Positions 1-14,556 of a stretch of 64,000 bases of DNA are shown here, piece by piece. Below the pieces are notes generated by a model. That model was not told the origin of the DNA. It did not search any database and saw nothing but the letters and a program-made list of their open reading frames with translations. Made by a program: the position numbers and the translations under genes. Positions within the stretch are counted from its first letter, which is position 1. The number at the start of each line of letters is the position of its first letter. The DNA is from Octopus vulgaris (Eukaryota), in contig OX597819.1 in the NCBI GenBank assembly GCA_951406725.2, forward strand, positions 6,262,001-6,326,000, in the 5' to 3' direction.

Positions 1-278
1 AGTGTCTTCTGCTATAGCCTCGGACCGACCAATGCCTTGTAAGTGGATTTGGTAGACGGAAACTGAAAGAAGCCTGTCGTATATATGTATATATGTGTAT
101 GTTTGTGTGTCTGTGTTTGTCCCGCTAGCATTGTTTGGCAACCGATGCTGGTGTATTTATGTCCCCGGTTCGGGAAAAGAGACCGATAGAATAAGTACTG
201 GACTTACAAAAGAATAAGTCCCGGGGTCGAGTTGCTCCAGCATGGCCGCAGTCAAATTACTGAAACAAGTAAAAGAGT
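1..278 (+). mobile_element. SINE family A, 5' end cut by window edge
   Basis: Near-identical to the copy at 60221-60651: gtcttctgctatagcc...gtggatttggtagacggaaactgaaagaagc, internal (TA/TG)n, tail catggccgcagtcaaa...aagtaaaagagt. Confidence 0.9.
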
Positions 279-780
279 ATACCAGCCAGTATAAATAATG
301 GTTGTAATCGTTATCATCAGATGATTAGAGTCAGTTTAAAAACAATCTGTGGTGCCACCTGTAGTAGTTGGACATCCTATCCTTGAAGAGCACGAGCCCC
401 GCCTAACTGTGTTTTACTACTCTCTAGACCCAGGCTTAGTATAGTCACATTCACCCTAACCACATTCCGCACTGTCACCCACCTTTTAACACATTCTCTA
501 GAAAGGGTGCAATTTCAAGCCACATCGGCTTTCCGATAGAAATAGAATTTGATTTCAACTTAAAATCCTTAGCAGCTATTAAAATCCCCTTAAGCAATTT
601 TTTATTCATATTCTGGAGTTACTACTAAACATATATAGAGAAAGCTTCAAGTGTGGAACTAAACTATGTTTTGCACTACAGTTTGTAAACATAGAAACAG
701 TGCAATTTTAGAATGTATGGTTTTAGGTCGCCTTCATTGTTATAAATGCAAAAAGTGAAAATATCGTAAGAAGAGAACAC

Positions 781-862
781 AAAAGCACACAAAGACACAC
801 ACACACATACAAAAGCACACAAAGACACACACACACATACAAAAGCACACAAAGACATACGC
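781..862. repeat. 30-bp tandem repeat, about 2.7 copies
   Basis: aaaagcacacaaagacacacacacacatac starts at 781, 811 and (partially) 841. Confidence 0.9.
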
Positions 863-1282
863 AAACAAAATCACATAAAAAAATCTATATGGTTTATAAG
901 ATAATTTTGATGCTGGAATAGGGGTAGAGTCACGTTTAAAGATGACGAGCGATAAAGTAAAAGAAAAGAGAACAGAGAAGAAAATATGAGCATGTGAGAG
1001 AAAGGAGCAATTATCTAGGGTGAGTGAAGTTGGTTGTGGAGCATAAAGATAATCCCTGTAGAGCCATTACAAATAGAAATGCTGATGATCTGGATTGTGG
1101 ATTTTGTCAATTTAGAGTAAATTGTTTTAGTGTGGAGTGTGCAAGACTTGAAATACGAACATAAAATCCTGTACCTAAAGAATACAAAGTATACATTTTT
1201 TCCTAAAATTCAATCTTTTTATTAATATCCACAATCTTATGAGTGTGTGTAACTGAGAGAGCGTATATAATATATATATACT

Positions 1283-1347
<65 letters not shown>

Positions 1348-1511
1348 TTACTTATATATATATATATATATATATACATATTTACATATATATATAAGAG
1401 AGAGAGAGGGGAGGGAGAGAATGACGGGGTCAATCCATTCGACTACAATTCAAGTCGAATGACTGAAACAAATAAAAGTTAAAGAATAAAAAAAATCACA
1501 TACCCTCATAA

Positions 1512-1559
<48 letters not shown>

Positions 1560-1732
1560 TAATGAAAAGGGTTCAGCAAAGAATTGCTTCACCACACACC
1601 GAAGCTCAGAAATAGCAGCCAAAAATCTTAGCTATTTCTTCTACTTTAAAAAGGGTCTTCCAGAGAAACCAAAATACTTGAAGGTTATTCACACAGGCAG
1701 AGATTAAAGCAACGAAAATCAATCAATATCAT

Positions 1733-1771
<39 letters not shown>

Positions 1772-2851
1772 TACGTGTACGTATTATGTATAAATTTTAT
1801 TGCGTCATTAGTTACATAAATTTATCACCAGCATTAAAGAAATATGGGGGAGACTTCGAAGAATCAGTACGTAGGTTGTCCAAGAAGTTAGTAAACGTGG
1901 AGATAGCCTTTCCCTTTCTCTTTCCTCTATCCAAAATTTCATCAACAGATGTCGCTGCAGTTGCCTCTCTACAATCTATTTGTTATTGGAGGTGAAACAA
2001 GCATACGACTAATGGATTTTATAATTAGTTTTCTTATGTTCACACCATCAATAAGTGAGACTGCAGGTCAACGGAGAAGCATTAAATACAGTAAAATGTC
2101 AGAGAGAGACTAAGTAGTAGAGAGTGGTAAGGAAGGAGTGATGAAGGTAGCTAGTGATGAAATCAGTTGAGGAGAGAAGAGGGAAAGTATTGATAGAGAA
2201 AACAAAAGTGGGAAGATAAACAGACGTTGAAAGGCTGTATGGAGAGAGTGGGAGAGTGAGAGAGAGGGAGAAAGAGAGAGAGGGAGAAAGAGAGATAGGG
2301 AGATAGAGAGAAAGAGAGTAAAACAAACTGAAATAAATATACTTCAAGATAATTAGAAGTGAGAGAATGAGAAAAAAATGAGAGAAAACAAAAGACGGAC
2401 AGGCAAAAAGTGAAAGTGAAGGACAAGCAGAGATACGGAAAGGGAGTGAATGTGAGGCAGAGATTTAGAGGCAAACAAAGAGCAATAACAGCCAGATAAA
2501 CAAACGAAGTTTAAAGAGATGACAACTGAGGAATATCTATGAAATGAGTGTATATGCTTTTTGATAGGTCGAGAAAGAAAACGGAGGAGGTAGAGCAGCT
2601 CATTGGATGTATACGAGTGTTTGTGCGTGGGAAGGTAGGGATTGCAAAACAAAAGAAATTGACGAAGGTAAAGCTTGATGCGTAATTAAATAAGCACACA
2701 TTGACACACGCACTCACACACAAGCATAGGTGTATGCTCTAAAAACGCGTTTGCACAAATAGAAAGGTAGGGAACATTACATCGGACAGATGCACATATA
2801 CTCACACTAGTTCATTCATAGACACAAACTATGTCTGTGTGCCTGTGTATG

Positions 2852-2912
<61 letters not shown>

Positions 2913-2965
2913 TGTCTGTGTGTGTACGAATAATCAAATGTGTATATATATATATATATATATAT

Positions 2966-3366
2966 AGGAGTGGCTGTCTGGTAAGTTGCTTGCTAACCAA
3001 CCACATGGTTCCGGGTTCAGTCCCACTGCGTGGCACCTTGGGCAAGTGTCTTCTGCTATAACCCCGGGCCGACCAATGCCTTGTGAGTGGATTTGGTAGA
3101 CGGAAACTGGAAGAAGCCTGTCGTATATATGTGTACGTGTGTCTAGTGTATGTGTGTCCGTGTTTGTCCCCCTAGCATTGCTTGACAACCGATGCTGGTG
3201 TATTTACGTCCCCGTCACTTAGCGGTTCAGCAAAATAGACCGATAGAATAAGTACTGGGCTTACAAAGTCCCTGGGTCGATTTGCTCGACTAAAGGCGGT
3301 GCTCCAGCACGGCCACAGTCAAATGACTGAAACAAGTAAAAGAGTAAAAGAGAGAGAGTAAAGAGT
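2966..3366 (+). mobile_element. SINE family A, near full length
   Basis: Pol III A-box-like tggctgtctggtaag, B-box-like ggttcagtccc, ccttgggcaagtg, internal microsatellite and (AAAGAGT)n-like tail. Confidence 0.92.
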
Positions 3367-3844
3367 ATATATAATCAACTAACTGATATGTAATATATAC
3401 ATATGCGCACTTACATATATATATATACATATATTTGTATGTGCACACATACACACCTCCAAACTCACACATATATACATCCATAGACAGAAATTAATAG
3501 AAGAAAAAGAAGAAACAAAGATGAAGGAACACAACGAGAAAGTAAAAGAGGAACGAAGTAAGATTTACCAGGTCACCACCCTGGCTTTTACATTTGGAAC
3601 GGTCAATCGTAAATAGATACGAGGTCATGCAGAGGTCTGACCCCCTGTAAATACTAGATATCAACGTTGCTGTCACGCAATACTACAAGACGCTTTACTC
3701 TTTTTAGTATTTTCTCATTGGCAAATATCGTCTCATCACATATTAGGGTTGTGCCATTCTCCATGTAAAACAAAAGAACTTGGATTCAGCAGTCCTTAGC
3801 TTTCGGACGCATATGAATCGTAATTTCGTGCATACATACACACG

Positions 3845-3876
<32 letters not shown>

Positions 3877-3890
3877 CACACATATGTATG

Positions 3891-3921
<31 letters not shown>

Positions 3922-3924
3922 CTA

Positions 3925-4007
<83 letters not shown>

Positions 4008-4104
4008 ACACACACGTGTATATGTATTTGCGTGTCTGTGTGTGTTTGTTGTGTGTGTTTTGTGTGTGTACGCAAGAGAGGGAGTGTGTAGGTATATATA
4101 TATA

Positions 4105-4250
4105 TTCCTTCTCCTTTGTTTCCGACGAAGAGCTCCGCTCGAAACGTTAAACCCTCCATCTCCCCTTCTTTCCTGAGCGTCCAATAATACTTTATTTGTT
4201 CCACGTCCTCGCGTTGCTGTGTTTCTTTGTGTTTTCTTGTTTGGATTAAC
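4105..4250 (+). mobile_element. Short non-autonomous element family E with hammerhead-like motif (Penelope pLTR-like)
   Basis: gttt-CCGACGA-A-gagc-tcc-gctc-GAAAC-GTT-aaac at 4118-4152; flanked by (TA)n; four copies in the window. Confidence 0.7.
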
Positions 4251-5116
4251 TATATATATATATATACATACGTACACAATCTATCGCACATACACAGACG
4301 CAGCCGTACAGACAGACACGCACACACACACATACACAAACAGAGCCACACACGCGTACGCACAAATATATATTATCTCCACTTAAACATGGATGTTCAG
4401 TTAGGACAAGCCATACTGCTGTAGATATCACGAGAGAAACTCTTATATTGACTTATAATGTAAAATGCACTCATTGTTTATATCGTTAGCGGAGAGATAA
4501 ATCTCCATTATCTCAAATGCCGATATATATGTGTATTGAGGATTACATAAAGAGACAACGGGAAAATGACATACCTAAATATATACATAGAAATGGATGC
4601 GTCGCGTTCAATTAAATGATAAAAAAAAAGTTATATATATATATATGCGTATATGGGTAGAGGACGTCAACCGCAGTGCAAATAACATGGAATACGTAAA
4701 CAAACCAGGGAAAAACAAGTGAAATACGTGAACGACGAGAAAAAATGGAAAGGAGAACAAGTAAACACAGAGAAAATATAAGAGGGACGTCATGGACACC
4801 TGTTTCTAGGTCAATACACAATTGCTCGACCTTATCTCCAGTAGCCAGAATTTGATTTAATCGCCATGAGGCGATTATGGCAGTATCTCTAGACGCGAGA
4901 TAATTTTCATAAATCAAAAAGTCTTCTTTCGTGTTCTTAGGTCATGTAACAACACACCTGCATCCCACCGGACTCTCTGATCTTTCCTTTTTTTTCCTCC
5001 TCTATGGACTTTATTCTGACAAGGTATCATGCTCGGAACGTCCTTTCTACCTGAACATGAATCTAATATATTCCCCGTGTGCGTCTAATCGACTTTTATT
5101 GTTTTGTCCTGTTTAT

Positions 5117-5148
<32 letters not shown>

Positions 5149-5379
5149 ACACACACACACAAACACTCACACACACATATATACATAAATACACACACAC
5201 ATATGTACCGCCATATTTACATATTGTAGATAGGCCAGTTACTGCAGTATTTTTCCTAAGATAACATCCCTTACAGACATACTGCGTTAATAAAAATAAA
5301 TACCACAGAGTCAAAAAGCCATCGACCAGTGAAAATGATAGATTACTTTCGATTTTCGGCCTTTTATTTGGCACTTAAT

Positions 5380-5743
5380 CATAGCACACTATGTGCTCTG
5401 GCTAAAAGTTGTGTTATACACCATCAAAATACAGGTCCAGATACTGCAACAGCTTGGGTTTCAGAGGACCACAGCTCTTTAACATCCTCCCTAAATGCCT
5501 GAGAGACTTACATGGTGTGGATGTGGGTTTCTTTAAAACTAAACTGGATCTCTTCTTGTCGGGAGTCCCAGATGAACCTACCTCACGACAGGAGACGTAG
5601 ATGCGGGCAGCAGCATCGAACTCCCTTGTTGATCAAGTGCCACGTATCAGAGGTGGATTCACAAATTAGTGTAGCTCATTCAGCGGTGGTGCGCCAGCAT
5701 AACCGCGGCCTTCGGGCTAAAACATTTTTAAGGATTTAAGGAT
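5380..5743 (+). mobile_element. CR1-group LINE, 5'-truncated 3' end (ORF2 C-terminus and 3' UTR)
   Basis: Translation SRYCNSLGFRGPQLFNILPKCLRD...FKTKLDLFLSGVPDEP, then RAAASNSLVDQ past a stop, resembles CR1/L2-group ORF2 tails; ends in tttaaggatttaaggat. Confidence 0.8.
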
Positions 5744-6334
5744 ACAGTTTGTGTGTATACGTTAGATAGGATACATTGATGGCTGTTTTGATTAAAATGC
5801 CTCAAATGCGTACACCATATTTTAATCAGCCGGGCAATTATATGCGACATCTGTGAATATTTTCACTTCTCCTATATTAGAAACGAAGAATTCTTGTACG
5901 AACTTGTGGCTGGCTGAGATTATGCAGCACCGAAATGGTCTACAGGTGCTGTTATTATCGACGCCATATATATATTAGAAGTTAGACGAAAAATTATCTC
6001 ATTTATTCACAGACAAAAAATTTCATGCATACATGTTGTTCCTAGTGAGTATCGCTATTCAGGACGTCCAAATAGGCCAGAATGCAGCTGGTGTTTTTGT
6101 TAGCTGCTTCAGGAGTGATGTTTCGTCCGTCTCCCATATAGAATTTTTTTTAAACACTTCCATAGGACCATAGGAGATGTCATCTCCGAACGACTCACGC
6201 ATTAACCTGTCAAAAATGTGTGTACATTGGGTAAGAATCGTAGAGGCAAACTTGCACACACACACGCATGCACACACATGCGCATATATACGGACACACA
6301 TGCATATACATAAATCTATATATCTACCTATCTA

Positions 6335-6375
<41 letters not shown>

Positions 6376-6455
6376 GCATATATGTACATACATAGATACA
6401 TTCATACACACATACATACATATATATATACACACACAAATATATATATGAATAC

Positions 6456-6505
<50 letters not shown>

Positions 6506-6542
6506 ATATATGTATATATGTATGTATGTATGTATATGTATG

Positions 6543-6636
<94 letters not shown>

Positions 6637-7000
6637 GTATTCTTATTTGTATTCGGAATTACATGATAGCGTGGCTGCTCGCCAAATATATTTTCCACGT
6701 GCTCAATGAGTAAAGACTACCACGCTGTGATAGAGCAACTGAGATTTACATGTATGATATATGCGTGTGTTGTGTGTGTGCGTGTGTAGTATGTGTGTGT
6801 GTGAGTGTGTCTATGTATGTATGTATATATATATATATATTTGGCGGAGTGGCATGACATATAATTGAAAATTTCATAGTACGAACGTTATGGACAATAG
6901 AACAGAATAAAATTACCACAAATTCGGACAGGAAATGGGTAGGGGAAGATGTAATTATGTCTCTGTGTGTGGTGGAGGGCTGTACACATGCATGTATGTA

Positions 7001-7032
<32 letters not shown>

Positions 7033-7049
7033 ATATATATATAGTGATA

Positions 7050-7230
<181 letters not shown>

Positions 7231-7435
7231 AACTGAGATACACGCATATAAAAGATATTCTGAAATTTTCTGGGGATGTATCAAGCGTAAGATATCAAAA
7301 AGTCATGGAGCGAACTCTCGTTAGATCTTCCCTGCATAATTTGAGTAGTAAATGTTCGTAATTATACAAAGAAAGATTCACGTTTATTCAAATGCAAACT
7401 AACACGTTTTAAGTGATGTGTTATATATATATATT

Positions 7436-7507
<72 letters not shown>

Positions 7508-8225
7508 TACACAATAATAATGATTGTCGAGAGAAACCGGTATTTGAATGATATGCACCAGGTAGGGTTCAGTAACCTGTCGCAGCCACCTTTAGTCGCA
7601 TAAATATCCCGTAAAATATTCAGGTTGTGCATGCAGGGAAAACCACCCCTACCAGTATTTTTGCGCCGAGGAGCTGGTCCAGAGCACACGTTGTGTTGAT
7701 CATTCATTGTTTGGTATACTCCACGGTATCCGGCGTCTCGGGCGTATTGCACGCAAATGAGTGACATATAATGGATAACGGTCAGTTCATTCTTGTGTGT
7801 GCATATATGTATGTATATCTATTTATACTGGGAAAAGATTAAGAATGGCCTAGAAGTCCTGACCTATATGCTGTATTCTGACTTGGCTTAATTATTATAG
7901 TACATAGAACTTTGGGGTGGGGTACGGCCATTTCGCTCTAAAGGTTGAGCAATGATCATGAGAGACAATTCGGTGGCATGTAAATATCGTTCATTGGTTG
8001 GGAAAGGGTTGACTTCTTCCTACACAAACGGCTTTCCACTCTCTTTAAAAATTCTTGGAGCACCTAATTTCCAATAATATATTTCCCCGTCCAAGTGAAT
8101 GCCTCACGCCAAAAACACTATGTATAAAATTGAAAAAACAAACCATATGACAGCCTGATGACGGCAAATAATTTAAAGTTTCGAAACGACAGCCAAGCCT
8201 TTCCATGTCAAAAAAAATATATTAT

Positions 8226-8443
8226 ATGATGGGGTGCTGAAAAGTTCCTTGCTTTAATGGTATCGTGAAAAGCCTGGCTGGTGGCCCAAACTTCCGAGTT
8301 CTTTTACAGGGCTTAGAAAACTGAAGGATCGCTGTAATAAGTGTGTGAATCTTAGAGGGGAATATGTTGTATAAAAACCTTGATTAACTGATACTCCTGT
8401 ATTTTCTGTTATCCAAAGCCAGAAACTTTTCAGTACACCCAAT
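8226..8443 (+). mobile_element. Mariner-derived MITE
   Basis: Imperfect TIRs ggggtgctgaaaagttccttgcttt / aaagccagaaacttttcagtacaccc; internal GLRKLKDRCNKCVNLRGEYV resembles a mariner transposase C-terminus. Confidence 0.8.
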
Positions 8444-8457
8444 TTATTGAAATATAT

Positions 8458-8900
8458 TTATTTCTTTATTACCCGCAGGGGGATAAACATAAAGGGGACA
8501 AACAAGGACAGACAAAGGGATTAAATCGAGTACATCGGCCCCAGTGCGTAACCGGTACTTATTTAATCAACTCCGAAAGGATGAAAGGCAAAGTCGATCT
8601 CGGCGGAATTTGAACTCAGAAGGTAACGGCAGACGAAATACGGCTAAGCATCTCACCCGGCGTGCTAACGATCCTACCAGCTCGTCGCCCTATTTTATTC
8701 TTTTCTACTCTAGGCACAAGGCCCGAAATTTTGAGGGGAGGGGGCCAGTCGATTAGATCGACCCCAGTACACAAATGGTACTAAATTTATCGACCCCGAA
8801 AGGATGAAACGGAGAGTCGACCTCGGCGGAATCTGAACTCAGAACGTAACTGCAGACGAAATACCTATTTCTTTACTACCCACAAGGGGACAAAGAAAGA
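8458..8900 (-). mobile_element. SINE family C (Meta-domain-like), tandem or dimeric cluster
   Basis: Two successive cores related to gtcgactttgcctttcatcctttcggggtcgataaa (8458-8690 and 8697-8863) with different 3' ends, plus the start of a third unit. Confidence 0.85.
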
Positions 8901-9065
8901 ATATATTTTGAAAGATCAATCATAAATATCAGGCAGGGACAACGGAAAGGTCTGCTTCAAGGCAGACAGTAAAACACTAACATTTAAAAGGGACAGACGA
9001 ACTTGCGAGCTGAGAAAAAATTTTAAATATTAGAAACCAAAGTTTGAAGGGATATAATCTGAGGA

Positions 9066-9312
9066 TAGTAGAGTCACCAATGGCTGGCATTTCTTAACGA
9101 CGGACAGCAACGTAGTAGCAGTTTAACGGCTGGCTGAACTTGATGTAAAAGAAAATTCCTAAACACCAAGTTTTGAAGTGATTCTTTCTCACGACAGTAG
9201 ACTCACCATGGCAAGCATTCAAAACTTCTTCATCATGGACGGCAACATATTGACGATTTAAAGGCTGGCGCAATTTTTTTAGCTTGATGTAACAGAGAAT
9301 TCCTAAACACCC
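9066..9312. repeat. Imperfect tandem duplication, about 130-140 bp unit
   Basis: tagtagagtcaccaatggc...tgatgtaaaagaaaattcctaaacacc recurs as cagtagactcaccatggc...tgatgtaacagagaattcctaaacacc. Confidence 0.75.
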
Positions 9313-10167
9313 GCTCCTGTAAATTTTAATCCCCTCCCAGCCCCATTTAGACCTCTTTTAACATTTTGATTAATATAACCCGATTTCATTCGGGTCTACT
9401 CGGGCCACATTTTATAAGATGAGGAATTTTGTCCTAGAGGTCACGCCTTGCATTTAAGGAAAAAAATAGTTGCCATGCAAACTCGCCAGCACTTTTAACA
9501 TAGGTGTGCATATTTTCCGCTCAACCGACCACATAATGCACACAGTTTATATATATATATATATATATGTACATACGCATTATATATATGTGTGTGTGTA
9601 CGCAATATATATACAAATGTATAAAAATTATATATATACATATATATATAAATAAATACAGATATATACACTTTGTATACATACATTATATATACACATT
9701 TATATATAGAACACACACATATATAAATTAATCCAATAAATATCTGATTCATAATATTTCTTCTCATGATTGTGTTGTTGCGATGGCGATGATAATTCTC
9801 TCTATGAATGCAGACAGACGTAGAGAGAGAGAGTAACAGCGCTGGCGAAGCGGCGGGGGAAAGATAGTAGCCGCTGTCAAACGACGTTACAGAGAGAAAG
9901 TGAAAGGAAGGGAGGAAACAGAGAGACACGAAGGAAGACAGGCAGATAAGAGAATGAGAGGTGACTTGTCAAAGTGTGCGCGTTTTGCCCTAGTAACCAC
10001 ACCTTTTAGAATATGGATTTATAACCTAGCCCACTAACATCCTCACAAATGTCTTTGTAAATTTTGGAGTCAATCCGACGGGATCTAGTGCCCTTTAACC
10101 CGTTCCAATGCCAAAACCAGACAAACAAACTTTTCACATTTCAGATTTATAGATATTGATATGATAT

Positions 10168-10530
10168 AGGCGCAGGCATGGCCGTATGGTAAGAAGCTTG
10201 CTCTGAGTTCAGTCACACTGCGTAGCACCTTGCGCAAGTGTTGTGTACTATAGCCTCGGGCCGCCCGAAGCCTTGTGAGTGGATTTGGTAGACGGAAACT
10301 GAAAAGAAGCTCATCACATATATAAATTTATATATTTATGTGTGTGTCTGTGTTTATCCCTACCAACATCGATTGACAACAGATGTCGGCGTGTTTATGT
10401 CTTAGTAATCTAGCGTTTCGGCAAAAGGGAGCGGTAAGATAAGTACTAGGCTTACAAAGAATAAGTCCTGGGATCGATTTCCTCGACCAAAAGGTATTGC
10501 TCCAGCATGGCCGCAGTCGAATGACCGAAA
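10168..10530 (+). mobile_element. SINE family A, diverged
   Basis: aggcgcaggcatggccgtatggtaag head, family A body and tail. Confidence 0.88.
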
Positions 10531-10877
10531 GAAGTAAAAGTATAAAAGAATATATATTTGTATGTGTACAAAGTAAGATAGGGGTTATGAGTGTAACCCA
10601 CTATGGGATATCATTTATCCAATATACTGTTGGTAAAGTACCCAAATTCTTAATACATAAATGCTTTAATTGCAATGCAATTAACTCATTTATTGTATTA
10701 ATGGGTGCAGGTAATGAAATAATTTTACCGTAAATTTATAATACAGATAAGAAAATGGAGAAACAAATTTAGTTTATTCATCAACTTACGGATATTATAA
10801 TGTTGGATTATATGTATGCGTAAATACATAAGGTATATATGTATATATACATCTATATATATGCACACACACTCACG

Positions 10878-11359
<482 letters not shown>

Positions 11360-11933
11360 TCGACATTTTTTCGGCCATCTCGAAAAGGTCTAACCCGCCC
11401 GTAAACTTGTCTACGGCTCATACACTCCTCTCCATACACTTCCAGGAACTTTACGTAGTCCTCTGACTTTGCGTATCGTCATGACAACTTTCTCATGGTG
11501 AATGCGATGATCACACGCTACACACCTTCATTCCAAGCGGAAGTGAGTTTGAACATTAATCTTTGCCAAGCAGTTTTAATCTACGTGCTTTAGCTTTGTT
11601 ACTATGGCAACAATCCGGATACTTATTGTTCAGACCTAATATATATATGCGTGCATAAATATGTATGAACATTCATACGCACATACGTAGATTCATACGC
11701 GTACACGTGTACAGGAACATATAAACTAAATTCAGGATTTTTTCAATCAAGTTTAAAGACCAAGATACTCCGAGGAAGCGGGGAATGGGAGGAAACAGAA
11801 AACCGAGAGTAGAGGCAAATTTGCTATCAAATTCGTCTTCGTTTCCATTGGAGTTTAAGTTCTTCCCGTTTTTTAACTGCTTATACAAGTTTTCTTTGCA
11901 TACACTAATGTTTAAACATACATACATACATAC

Positions 11934-11970
<37 letters not shown>

Positions 11971-11975
11971 CATAC

Positions 11976-12100
<125 letters not shown>

Positions 12101-12127
12101 TATATATATATTCATATATATATATTC

Positions 12128-12161
<34 letters not shown>

Positions 12162-13344
12162 ATGTATATACGTGTGTTTGCTTATATATATGTACATACA
12201 TAATATATTCATATACGCATATGCACAAATACGTATCAGTATCTATATATGCATCTACTTTCATAATAATTAATATATATGTATGCAATTGTGTATGCAT
12301 ACACGCACACATACATAACACTACATTCTTCGTCTCTTTCTCTTTCGTGTAGTTCTAGTTGCTGCTGATTGAGCAGAAAAACAGAGAATACATGTAATGC
12401 AAATTAATAATAGATATGCAAACATATTTATAGCACAGCCTATAAAGAAATATAAAATATATCTAACACAAACAGACCGCGTGTGAAGTGTTTTACATGA
12501 ACCTAATGCACCCTACCTCTAGAACACGTGGATAAAATATAAAAATGCCCATAAAACGAAGCATATACTGTACTACATCGGATCGATAAGAGCATATTTT
12601 TGAAACTCCGATATAAAATCTCTCCTCTTACAACAACGTAGCACGACCCAACACGTTGCTCAGAAAATTTCATTGTATACATATATGCAAGTTGTGTCCG
12701 TGATTCAAACGTTTGCATAAGTTCGTATTAGTTCGATACTTTCTCTGTCGACTTCTCATGCATTGTTTACAGAAAATAATTGACCTTCGCTAAATATCGC
12801 AACTTAAAAGGAAATTAAATAGAAAAATATTAAACAAACCTATAGAAATTTTGTCCAAAAATCAAGAAAGTTAATAGGAGAGCTATATTAATAACTCACC
12901 GCAACGTAAACGTACCCGTTTACTTACACACGCTACTACCAAACAAAGACCACTCCCTGACTTTCAAATTCAGAGTGCAATAATCGTATGTTTGCAAATG
13001 CGTTAAACATCACAATACGAATCCCGTGATTCTCGTGTCGAGAAAAATAGCAACAACATTCGCCAAAAACGAACACTTATCATAGAAATGGTGTCAGTGA
13101 AATAGGAGAAATGTCGCAAGAGAGACTAACTTTTATGTTTCAACAGTAATGAAGTGTAAACAAAATGTGAAAGATAAAATAGCAACGATAGAATGAGATG
13201 GTTGCCTTATGTTTGTGTGCGCGTATAAAATATGCTACATAATAAATATATATATATATGTACAGTATATAATGTAAAATAGAGCATAAAATGATTTTAT
13301 AATCTCTGCTTCACTTGTGTTTGCAAAGGATCTATTAATAATCT

Positions 13345-13555
13345 TTTCTACAAAAGGTACAAGACCTGAAATTTTACAGGTGGGGACCAGTCGATTACAT
13401 CGGCCCTAATGTGTCACTAGTATTTAATTTATCAACCCCGAAGAGATGAAAGGCAAAGTAGACCTCGGTTGAATTTGAGCTAACAGCATAAGGAAGGACG
13501 AGACGCTGCAAAGCATTTCGTTCGGAATGCTGACGATTCTGCCAGGTCTCAGCCT
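13345..13555 (-). mobile_element. SINE family C, diverged
   Basis: gtcgattacatcggcc...tttatcaaccccgaagagatgaaaggcaaagtagacctcgg matches other family C copies. Confidence 0.8.
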
Positions 13556-13699
13556 TTTAGGATCTATTAATGATAAAATATACTAGTACTTTTTGCTATG
13601 ATATTGAGTACTCCTTTATCTGTCAGTTAACACAATACCAACATACATACATACATACATACATACACACACACATATTTATATATACATGCTTTCAAC

Positions 13700-13900
13700 A
13701 TGTGACCTCGTGAGCACCGCCAGCAATTTTTTTCCTCTGTCTTCCCTCCTCGGGATCTTTCCTTCTCCTTTGTTTCCGACGAAGAGCTCCGCTCAAAACG
13801 TTAAACCCTCTTTCTTCCCTTCTTTCCTGAGCGTCCAATAATACTTTATTTGTTCCACGTTTCGTGTTGCTGTGTTTTTTGTTTTCTTGTTTGGATTAAC
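13700..13900 (+). mobile_element. Family E hammerhead-like element (GAAA mutated to AAAA)
   Basis: Matches 4105-4250 and 62371-62576; gtttccgacgaagagctccgctcaaaacgttaaac starts at 13772. Confidence 0.7.
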
Positions 13901-13929
13901 TATATATATATATGTATATATATATACAT

Positions 13930-14198
13930 ATTCACCGCTTCTGATCAAAGCCGTCAGTTAAAACCACCAATGAAATCCAAACGTGCATCTGTCAATGTGA
14001 ATTACATTATAATATATCATACGTACAACGTATTCCTTGTTCCATTCTCAATCACAACTGTCAGATGAACGGGAACGGGAAACGATTTGCAGTTTTTTTG
14101 TGATGTATTTTGCAGCTTTAATAATACTATTACTCTACCTCCAATATTCAAATATTATTTTCCCCACCATGTTTCACATTGATGAACTTACTCTGGTA
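13930..14198 (+). mobile_element. Family F short element, relative of 21737-21958
   Basis: Shares aactgtcagatgaacgggaacgggaaac and the tail ccaccatgtttcacatt...ttactctggta. Confidence 0.6.
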
Positions 14199-14556
14199 TA
14201 CATATATATAACTTCACTCTCACAGATAATCTCAATGCATGTTTTCACAGCACAATCTATGTCTATAGATGAGTAGAGTGAAACTGCATCCATACTATCT
14301 ACTACAAAACCAGCGAGGTCATTGGAGTGGTTACAACTACAGATTCTACAGAAGAGATCCTCTGTGCTCACATAGACATCCAGGGATATTTCAAGAGTGG
14401 CCGTACTACCCGTGAGAGGAAGTAGGATAGCCTATAATTGCTGCAGATATTCACTCCGCAAACTGGCCGCGTTGGGGATCCCATAACAAGGTTTACGTAG
14501 GCTTTGTGGCCTTACGTAACACGTGTAGCGTAGGTACATCGTTGATGTAATTATAT

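Noticed and set aside
781-862. CRISPR-like repeat
   Set aside because: Spacer-less low-complexity tandem repeat in eukaryotic DNA; no cas genes.
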